NCBI RefSeq assembly: GCF_024521635.1
Contig: NW_026250407.1
Coordinates: 124,001 to 188,000, forward strand
Source: Tricharina praecox
Taxonomy: Eukaryota
DNA length: 64,000 nt
Direction: 5' to 3'
Shown: positions 49,201 through 59,728 of the stretch, one piece after another
Position numbering within the stretch: the first letter of the stretch is position 1
How the letters are laid out: each line of letters starts with the position of its first letter
Made by a program: the position numbers and the translations under genes
Notes under the pieces: generated by a model
The model's database searches: none
Told to the model about the DNA's origin: nothing
Seen by the model: only the letters and a program-made list of their open reading frames with translations

Positions 49201-50676
49201 TTTGAAACCCTCAACGAGGCACTCGAGTACACCGAGAACGAGTTCCTCAAAGCACTCTATACGCCCAAGCGACCAAAAACCGCATCCTTCCTCGATGTTC
49301 CCAAGTCGTCCAACTTCATCATGGATGCCTTCCACCCGGCCACAGCATCGCCGCGGCGTACTATAGTGCAGAACGCGGCGCAGACAACGCTGGGTAGCGA
49401 TGAAGTTGCGCAGAGCACGAAATGGGCTAGCTTCCGACAGCCGTTGCCGCTAATACTCCAGACGTTTCAAGGAATGACGTCGAAGAATGAGGACTTTTGG
49501 TTTAGTGTTTGTGGCTTCTTTGAGAAGAGGTTTTACGAAGAGGGGACGGTCGTTTTCAAGCGAGGGGTCAGTTTTTTCTTTTCTTTTTTCTTTTTTCGAT
49601 TTTTACTTTTCTGTTGTGCTTTTCCATCGCATCGGACATTCGGTACCGACTGCGGGTAGTCTTTGGGCAAGGCTGTCATTGGCCCCGGGGCTGCCGCTGT
49701 AGATGTCAACCCCCGGAGACTGTCTTGGATTATCACTCGCATATAGCGGTACCGACTGCAGCACATCCGACACAACCACGGCACGCACATGGCCGGGGGG
49801 ATACAAGACGATCGTGCTGACTGATTGGTTCTGGGGTATAGGATGTTTCGACAGAATTCTTCCTTATCGAAGATGGTATGTTCCATGCAGAATACGATCT
49901 CGATCAAGGACGATTCTCGGAGAGCATTGTGGCCGGTACGTCCCTCCCCCTCACTATCCGGTCCAGCTGATTTACGTCATCAGACACTGATATGGAGATC
50001 GCAATAGGAACCACGTGCGGAGAACTTCCCTTCTTCTCGGAAACAGTGCGCAGTGCAACCGTGTACGCCGAGAAGGATACGGTCGCGTGGGTCATGGACG
50101 ATAAGTCGTGGCACAAGCTGCAGATCCAGAATGGCGAGGCAGCCACGGAGCTGCTGAGGATCGCTCTCAAGTAAGTCTTGGGTTTCATCCACCCTTTCCC
50201 CCCATCCGACTTCCCCCGCGGATGGCTTGACTCCCAAGGTTATTAACGTAATGATCGCTTAGGTTGACGACCGAACGAATGCACGCAATCACTAGGTACG
50301 TAGGCGGCATATCATAACGTGTGACCAGTCTTTCGATCCGTCTGATTTACCCCCCCCCCCCCCCCCCCCCCCCCCTCATCCGATGGAGAATGAGCAAGTG
50401 CGTTGCGTTGCGTTGCGTTGCGTAGGGCGTCACGCTTGAAATGCGCCCTATCTATCGCACATACTTCTTTCTTTCGCTTATCACCCCGCTTCTTCCCTCT
50501 TCCCTCTGCACCCCTCCCTCACACTCTCGCCCACACCACTCATTATTTTTCTTCTCGCCCCTCAATATGCGCGAGGAACTGCACACGTGATGCTGCTGTT
50601 TCATGCATGTTGTACAGCGTCGCACGGCTGACTGACTTGGGTTGCGCACAGTTATGTTCTCACCAGCGCTGGATAA
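46273..50676 (+). CDS. VSB1: SulP/SLC26-STAS-cNMP-binding transporter, Vsb1 (YGR125W)-like vacuolar basic amino acid transporter, about 10 exons
   Basis: [62 protein letters not shown], a STAS domain ([17 protein letters not shown]) and a cNMP-like domain ([11 protein letters not shown]). Ends [10 protein letters not shown]. The start and first intron are uncertain. Confidence 0.85.
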
Positions 50677-53600
50677 CGGAACGGAACGAAGGACGGCGTC
50701 TGCGTCTTGGGCTTGGTCCTCCGAGTCTTGGACTTGGTCTGAGTCTTTGGTATGTAGGAGGTAGGTAGGCAGGTAGATGATAATGGAAGGCAAATATTGA
50801 TGGGTGTGGTGGGTGCAAATATTGTGTCTCGTGGTTCTTTTTGGTGGCGGGGGTTTGTGTGATGATGTGCACGTGAGAATGGTTTTCGAAGGAAGGCAGG
50901 TGATGGATGGTTAATCGGATGCTGTGGTGCGGAGGCGACAATGTTAATGATGATGATGACCTTAGGCTTTTTGGGAGAGGGGGGGGGGCGAGCGGGAGCT
51001 TTATGTCATGTATCTAAAGTACTTTGAGCATCTACCGAAGTCACTCTACTTCAACGGCAATCACCGGCCATCCATCTCCGTCCCGAGCCTAAGCCCGAGT
51101 CCAAGTCCATGTCCGCGTCCGAGTCCGAGTTTGAGTCCGAGTCCCTTACCTTACCGCGGTAGCCTCGTATGATCCCTTTCCTTAAGGCAGAAGGCAGGGT
51201 AAGGAGTCCGTTCTCCCGTCGTCCCTATGTAGAGATCTCCCCTATGTACCTGACTAACTACAGGAGAAAAGGGGTGAAGCCCACTACGGTAAGTTAGAGT
51301 AGAGAACGTTAGGTCCGGTGCTTCGAAGCTGCTCTAGGCGTAGTTCGGGGTTTCTTTTTTTTGCGGACGACGTTGGAGATTGGGAGATACTGGGAGATTA
51401 GGATGGCCGGGTATGCGGAGTCTAGATCAGTGGGTAGCTCTGAGCACAGGTGGGTTGTGGGTTATCGTTTTTCTGCTTCTTTGCTGTCGGAGAAGGTAGA
51501 GAGTATGTAAAGATGTATGGGTGCTCCTACGGTACGCTGTATAGACACATAGATCCAAAGCATAGAGCCATAGACACGAATTTCAACACTTCCCCGGTTC
51601 CCCATTCAGCATCAAATTCGGACTGGGGGCGGGATTCTTCTTTTTCTTTCCTTCTTCACGTCATTCCTTTTCGCGCCGTTCCTTTTCGCGCCGTTCCTTT
51701 TCGTGTCGTTTCTTTTTTTTTTCCTTTTTCGTTGCAGGTACCTGCGTGCTTAAGTACCTAGCGTACCCTTCCTCCTGCTCCTGCTCCTGCTCCCGTTACT
51801 GCTCCTGATCCTCGAGTTTCTGTACGAGTTTCTGCAGGAGCTTGAGACGCTCGAGCAGTTCGAGGATGGAGTTGCGGGTGAAGGAACGAGTTGAAGCAAG
51901 AGCAAGGGCGATCACACCGTAGATAGCGCCCGCCAGCCGATAGCAGCCGGGTTCCGTATCTACACACCTCATCATACATAGGAGTCGGAGGAGGAGGGAC
52001 TCCATATCATGTGAAAGTATCGAAAGCTACCCTCTACCTATCTTCTCTAGGAAATCCCCACCGTCCCTACCACAGAGTACTAACCACCGCAAATCCCGCC
52101 AAGTCCCCTCGCCGAAATGAGGGTCAGGCGGAGGGGGCATGTACAAGCGGATCGGACACGGTGCCTTAGTTACATACAACACACTCTGGGAAGGCAGGGA
52201 GCGAGGCGGGCAGGCAAAGCAAAGCATCATGTCGGCAAAGCGTTATTTAGCGAACGCGAGCTAGAGCCAGAGCGTGCTAGAGTCCAACTAGTAGCGACGA
52301 AAGTCTGAGCTTGAACGACCGAACGAACGATTAGGCTCAGGCCGCGCAGGGTAGCGTTGCGTTGGGGCAGCAAGCAGCAGTAAAGAAGCAGGTCAATTTT
52401 AAAGTAAGGTAAAGCGAGGAAAAGGGCCTGGCGAGTATCTGAGTAGAGTAAGCTGCGAGTCGTGGATATGAAGGTAGGTGCCTTACTCTACAGCATAGCA
52501 TAGATAGCACTACTTACTCTATAGGCAGGGACGAGACGACGATGATACTGATGGCGATGCCACTGCCACTGCCGCCGCCGGAGATATGAGCTGCTGGATG
52601 CTGAAACGTTAACGGTCGGGCTGGGTATGTATAGTAATATATATCCTCCTCCCCCCCTCCCCATCCCCTCTGTGGGTTGGGTTGTTGACGCGGTGGTGGT
52701 GCCAGAACGCAATATCCTGGAAACAAACCCCCGACCCCCGACCCCCCCCGACCCCGACCAACAACGACGACGTGTACCGTGTACGCAACGGCGGCGGCGG
52801 GTACATAGAGTACGACGGGGGGGATGGAGGGATGGATGGGGATGGAGGGATGGGATGCGGCGGAGAAGGAGGAAAACGGCTGTTGCAGTTCTGTATGGAT
52901 GCACAGTTTGTACCATACATAGGAGCTGGCTGCTGGCTGGGAAGGTGGGAGTGGGCAGAGTTCGGCGGCTGCGTTGTGATGCGTTCGTTGATAGGAGTGG
53001 GCTGGAGGTATCAATGTACTCTATACACCTATCTGTATGGCCTATCTGCACGGCTCATCTCGAGTCGGTGAGGACTTCGTTCCCTCATTCGTTTCGCCGT
53101 TCATTCCATTCGATCGTTCAATCGATCATCAGTCAGTGGGCGCGGCTATGTAAGTATGGGCCAGTAGTTTCCGTGTACGAGCACCATCTAGAATCATCCT
53201 ACTCCCGATGGATGTGCACGACTCGATTGCTCTGCTCTGCTTCGATGCGGCAGCAGCAGCAGCAAAAAAAAAAAAAAAAAACAAGGGGCACGTGTGAGTG
53301 GACAATATCATCGCAACCACGATCTAACGCCAATCGGTTCGAAGTGGCGGTCAAAGAGAGCAGACAGGCGAGCAGAGAACGAAGAAGAGTGGAGGGATCC
53401 AAGGGCAGAAAGTCTTGTCTAATCGAACAGGAGGAAGACCCTTGCCCGGCTTGCTGTGCTTGCTGCTTCCTCCTACCTCCTCCTACCTCCTCTAGAGTAA
53501 CTGTTCGATCGCTGCCTTGCCCTCCTCCTCCTCCTCCTTCCTTCTCTTCCTCTTCCTCTTCTTCATCCCCCACCCACCTCACACCACTCTCCCACTTCTT

Positions 53601-53950
53601 CTACTTCTTTCTCTCTTCCCTCTTCCCTCCCTCCTTCTCCGCTTCTTGTGCTGCTTCTGTGTTTCTCTCCCTCCAAAATACACAGTACCCCCTCTGTACG
53701 TAACACCCACCCCCCTCCCCCCCATAGTCAAACGGAACTGCACTTGCCAACCGCCCATCTGATCCCCTTCCATTTCCCCCTTCACCACCCCCTCCATTAC
53801 CAGCCACAGCTTCCGTCCCGATCTCACTTCGTACGGAGCTCTTGCTGACCTTAAATCCTGATTACTCGCCAGTCATCCCAATACCAATACCCTATACACC
53901 CTTTTAATCCATCCTCTTACAACAAAACCCCACCCACCCACATTCCCAAC

Positions 53951-55998
53951 ATGTCCGATCTCAAGCCCGAGGAGTCCGTCAAGCCCACCGAGGCCACCAC
54001 CCTCGTCGAGCCCGAGGCCACACCCGCCATCACCGACACCGTGCCAATAGCCCCCGTCGTTGTGACAGCTGAGACACCAAAGACCGAGGCTGTAGAGGAC
54101 AAGAAGGAGGAGAAGCCGGAGCCCAAGGAGATCACTGAGGGTGCTCTGCAGAAGTCGCATCGTGGCCTGCTATCGTATGTTCCTTACCTGTTCCGGCCCA
54201 CCTTCCATGGGCCACTCCCCCCACCCCCCTCCCTAATCCTTGCCGATTGCGGTTCTAGTGGCTAACTAATGATATCCTCGCGTCCACAGCTTTTTCAAGC
54301 AGAAGCGATTCTTTTACTTCCAGGAGGATGCCATCTCCGAGTCGGACCTCAAGACTTACTTCCACAAGGACAATTCGTCCAAGGCGACGTGCGCGTACGC
54401 GCTCCAGACCGGAAAGGGACTGTGGTTCTACTCCAAGGATGAGGGCCACAAGCACCCCCACGGCATCATCAAGCTCTCGGATGTCACCGAGGTGACCGAG
54501 AGCGGCTCCAACAAGTTCGTGTTGAAGCTGTCGACCGGTGATTTGCACTTTGAGGCCCCCGCTGCCGAGCGTGACAGCTGGGTCTTCACCCTCAAAACCA
54601 AGATCGCCGAGGCCAAGACCACTGCCGAGGAGGTTCACGAGTCCGAGGGGTACAAGGCCGCTTTGGAGAAGCTTTGTAAGTTTTGATCTATTTCCTCCCT
54701 GGAGTGCTTTGGATCGGGCTCTGACTGTTGTTGTAGCCAACCCTGCTGCTGCTTTCGTGAAGCCCGCTGTTACGAAGGAGGAGCACAAGGAGACCACCGA
54801 GGAGGAGGCCGCCAAGCCCGTCACCGAGGAGGCCAAGACCGACGCCGTCGTCCCCGAGACTGCCGTGACCTCTGACGAGGAGGCCACCGAGCACAAGACG
54901 GAGATGAAGCGCTCCCAGTCGAAGAAGAACAAGAGAATCTCCGGATTCAACGTTCCTTTCCTGAACAAGAAGGAGAAGGTCGAGGACAAGAAGGAGGAGG
55001 CCGCGGCGGTTGAGGAGCCCGCTAAGCTCGATGCCACTGAGATTCCGGCTGCCCCTGCCCCTGGTGGTGAGTTTGGACTGCAAATCCGAGTTTAATTATT
55101 TTTTCGGTAATCACGATACTGATTGGGAATAGTCGATGTCGCCGTCACCGAGCCCGCCGCTGAGACCAAGCCCGTTGAGGAGGAGGCTAAGCCTGAGGAG
55201 ACCCGCCCCGAGCCCAAGAAGAACCGCCAGTCGTTCTTCTCCCGTTTTGGTGGACCCAAGAAGGAGGAGACCGCCACCGAGAAGGGTAAGGAGGTTGAGG
55301 CTGTTGCCCCCGCTGCCGAGACCGAGACCACCGAGAAGGTCGCAGAGACCGCCCCTGTCATCGACATCCCTGCCGCCAACGAGGAGAAGAAGGACGACCG
55401 CAAGACGCCCACCTCTCCCAAGAGCGACCTCCTCTCTTTCTTCTCCAAGCGCGACAAGAGCCCTGCCCCCAAGGCTCACGTCGAGGAGAAGATCGAGGAC
55501 AAGGTCGACGCCGTTGTTGCCGCCGCTGCCGCCGAGACCGCCCCCGTCATCGAGGCCCCCAAGGAGGTCGCCCCTATCGCTCCTGCAACCGAGGAGGCTA
55601 CCGTCGAGGTCCCCAAGGATGCCGCCGTCACTAGCCCCAAGGAGAAGCGAAAGTCGAGCTTCTTCGGATTTGGTGCTAAGGAGAAGAAGGCCGAGGACGT
55701 CAAGTCTGACTCTGAGGATGCTGAGCCCAGCACCACCAAGCCTTCCACTTCGCCCGTCCCCAAGGGCTTCCTCGAAGGCCTGAAGCGCAAAGTAAGCAAG
55801 GCTGGCAAGCCCGAGAAGGAGGCCAAGGAGGTTGCCACCCCTGCCGCCGTTGCCGAGGAGGAGACTCCCAAGGAGGCCGTGCCGGAGACCGCTGAGGGCG
55901 TCAAGGAGACCGAGACCAAGCCCGAGGAGACCCCCGCCGAGGTTGCACCAGCAGTCAGCGATGTGACGGCAGCTAAGCCCGTACAGGCGGCCGCATAA
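53951..55998 (+). CDS. PH-domain protein (fungal Meu6-like) with a long Glu/Lys/Ala/Pro-rich tail, 4 exons
   Basis: EITEGALQK..FFKQKRFFYF, AYALQTGKGLWFY, PHGIIKLSDV and LHFEAPAAERDSWV form a PH fold. Strong C/G third-position codon bias suggests high expression. Confidence 0.85.
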
Positions 55999-57487
55999 AA
56001 AAAAGTCACTTTTGTTTCTTTCTCTTCCTCTTGACCCATTTTGCACACCTGGCATAACATTCCTGTGCAAGTTTTGTCGGTCAATTTTCGAGTTACAGCG
56101 CCTTAATGTTTAACGTTCTGCGAGCTGCTTTTTGTTGACGGTGTTTATTTGCCTGTGGTGCCTCCACACTCTCTGCTTGAAATGGGTTTCTCCTTGTGTT
56201 TATAGTCACATCTTCCTCCCTGACGGCCTTTTTCTTTAATTTCGTTGCGTGTTGCTTCTTGGATACCAATTTCTTCGTGTATGTGGCATCTTCTCCTGCC
56301 ACAACACGATGATTCGCTCGCATGTTTTATAGTGTCCATTTGTGTTTCGTCTTTCTTATTTTGGTGGTGATGCAGCCATAGGAAATAGTAATAATCGTAT
56401 CAATAGGGGTGGCGGGGCTGGGAGGTAGTGGTGGTTGGGGTTGGGGTTGGGGTTGGGGGAGTGTCGTTTCGGTTTCACTACACGCTATCTTTTTACTGTT
56501 TGTGTTTACTGCACGCATCCGTTGTGTATTTTTTTGCTTATTCTCGCTTTCGTTTTGTTTTCAATCCGACAACTCGGGAGAGGAGAGTCGCAAGATAGTA
56601 TTTTAATTAATGGGAGGTTCTGTCTTGACGGATTGCATGGTACCTATCGTTTGATGGATTGGACTCGATGAGTGGTCTTGTGGTGAATTAGAGTGGCTGC
56701 TAGGCGATGCGATGGGGTGCGATACGAAGCCTTGCTCTTGCCCGCAAATAGCAATTCGTCGCTTAGGCCTGGAGAGTGCCGGTAGAGTGCTTGTTACCTC
56801 AGGCTCCAGGCTCTACCTGCTCCAGTCTTCAGATGCTCCAAATAGATGGCATTTGGGGCTGCAGCTCCCCACAGTAGCACAACTACGCAAGTACTCTGGA
56901 CTCTGGAGTTCTCGACCTCCTCACACACTCATCATCGTCCCCCCACACGCGGCCTTTCTGCATGCAGCTTCGGATCCCTTCCTTTTTTCTTCTGCTTGTC
57001 CCGTCGTACAACGCAATGCGGTTCAGGACGGTGGCGTGGTCAGGCTGGCTGGCGTCGCACTCCATCTCCTCTGCACTCCTCTCTTCTCCCCTCCTCGCGA
57101 ATGACCATTTAGTTACCATACCTACCATTTGCCATTCTCCCCCACTCACACTCTCGCACCCTCACTCACTCACTCACTCAGGTCCCCTCCCCCCTCCCTC
57201 CCTCCCTCCCTCCCTCGGTGCAGGTTACATACATCATACATAGAAAAGTTACTTTTTCCCTTTTTCCCTCCTCCACTTTCCTGTTGCTGTTGGTTGGTTA
57301 CTCCTGGTGACCTGCGTGGACCCTGAGTTTCGTTCCGTTTCGTGCCAACCGTCCATCGTCCACCACTGCTCACCCGCCACCACCACCACTGCTCACCCGC
57401 CACCACCACCACCACCACCGTTACCACCTGCCTACCATACATACTCACTCACATCCCATGCCCTCCGTGTGATCTCGTCCGCAGAAA

Positions 57488-58626
57488 ATGGGATGCTGCA
57501 TCTCCCGCCCCGTGCCGTCCGCCGGGTCCGCCAGCGGCGCCGACACCGAGACGCAACAGCTGCGGACATCAACAGTGGCATCGCCGCGGGCTCACGTACC
57601 ACCACCGCCTCCCCCACCACCGCTCCCACCACCTTCCTCACCCTCCCGCCAGCACCGTCACCACCATCCGCACCTACAACACCCTCCGCACCCCCCGATC
57701 CCGCTCAGCGACCGCTACAACCACGCGCTAGTGCGCAAGCCTCCCTGGAGCAGCAAGCGGGCTGTGACGTCCGCGGCGCTGCAGCGCGCGCGCAACGAGT
57801 TCTGGGACACGAGGGTTACCGGAAGACCCGAGATCTGGGGCGCGCTCAGGGCGGCCACGGAAATGCTGCAGATGGATCTGAGTACTGCTCAGGGCATTGT
57901 CGACGCGGCGGGGATTACTGTGCCGACTGGTAGGTGACTCTGGGATTCCGATGGGAGGGGGAGGAGGGGGGACGGGGTGGGGGACGAGTGCTGATAGATA
58001 TGGACAGGGGATCTGTCAAGAGGCGTCTATGATGAGTCCGGTCATCGCTATGAAATTCCTGAATATTGCTTTAGCGATCCGGTTAATGTTTCTACCGCGG
58101 TGGTGGAGAGGGGGCGTATGGATGAGGAGGATGAGGAGAGCGAGGAGGATGACGCGGCGGGCGATCTAGGGAAGGGAAAGATGCGCGTGGGCCGCGAGGT
58201 GCTGCTAAAGGCTAGACTGTCGGATCGGGGCGGACCTGATGTTGCTATTAAAGTCGATGAGGCGGCGACGGTGAGGAGGATTACCGTGCTGGTTGAGGGG
58301 AAGGCTCAGGTGTGTTTGCTCATCCCATTTCCTTCCTGGCAGTGGATACCGGTGCCGTACCGGGTGGTTAAAGATAGTTGGTTGGTTGTTGACATGTGCG
58401 GGGGTAGCTACCGGCAACTCAACGGATCAGTCTGATGTACCTTGGCAGGATGTGAGTCTTCCTTCCTCCCTGCCGTACTTCCTCCCTTCCGACTCGCTCT
58501 CCCGACGGATTTTTGGATGATTAGCTTCTAATACCGGTGCGCGACAGTCTCGAGGAGAACAAGACACTGGCGGCGCAGGGGTGGAAGAGGGGTGATGTTG
58601 TAAATGCTCTGGTCCGCTCGAGATAG
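57488..58626 (+). CDS. Ubiquitin domain-containing protein (UBTD1/2, DC-UbP family), 4 exons
   Basis: MGCCIS acylation-type start, RNEFWDTRVTGRPEIWGAL, VPTGDLSRGVYDESGHRYEIPEYC and a C-terminal Ubl domain (LMYLGRILEENKTLAAQGW..DVVNALV). Confidence 0.9.
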
Positions 58627-59540
58627 CGGGGGAGGGCCACGTAAGTACGTTGGGTTTAAATGTCTTGTTATTTCTTGGTCTGTTCTTGGGGGATCGGAGG
58701 TGTTCTGGTATCTATTCTGTTTTTTTCTTTCTTTCTTTCTTTCTTCTTTCTTTCGCGATGGAGTTTGGGTTTCATGAAATGTACACATCTTTCGGCGCGA
58801 CGTGTATATATCTGGGGAGTATAATGGCTGTTGGCGATAGGAGAGGCGGGCGGGAATATGCACCTACATTTTGTAGGTAATGTAGGAGGATTGGGATTGC
58901 ATCAATCTCAGCTCAGCTCAATTCCGCGACTTTCCGCCTGGCTGGCGATTCTTCAGGGCAGCAGCTGTCGCCATTTGCAATTGAGAGCAAAAAACACCCG
59001 ATCCACTGCGGCGGTGCTAAACAGAGCTCTCTCTGGCTCTGCCCTAACCAACTGCTAGTTAGTATAGTACTAGTAGAGTAAGGTGCCTCAGAACAGCTAG
59101 AGGAAGCAGTGGTTGATGCAGGGTGCTGTGCTGTGCTGCGCTTCCTGACGTCTGTCCCTTCGAGGCTGAGGCGCGGTCTGTCTGTCTGTCCGCCGTCCGT
59201 GGCCGTCCCATCCAGCCAGAAATCGGATCTCCACACCCACCCACCCTACATATCATACTTACCAACCTACATAGAGTACTATACCGCACCTCATCCCTGG
59301 TCGTAGAGTAGTTACTGCAGATCCCGGACCTGAACCTGAACGCAGCAACGCAACTCAACTCACTCTCGCTCCACAGAAAATGCATCTAGCATAGAGTACT
59401 GTAGTTACCTAGTACCGTACTGAGTAGACGTCTACGTATCACTCACTCCTGCTCTCCTCCGCCGGTTTTCGTTGCGCACTGCTCTGCTCTGCACGCTCAC
59501 TCCCTCGTACCGTACCTACATCCTGCTTACGACACGGCCG

Positions 59541-59628
59541 ACACGACTCGACACGACCCGCTCGACTCGACACGACCCGCTCGACTCGACACGACCCGCT
59601 CGACTCGACACGAGACGACACGACACGG
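59541..59628. repeat. 19-bp minisatellite (CTCGACACGACCCGCTCGA) upstream of CCH1
   Basis: Three perfect units flanked by degenerate GACAC units. Confidence 0.9.
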
Positions 59629-59728
59629 CTTACCTACCACACTCCACTCCACCGCACCCGCACCCGCACCCGTCCATTCCCAGCCCACGACCTACCTACG
59701 CGTACCATCCCTCCGCCTCACATAGACC

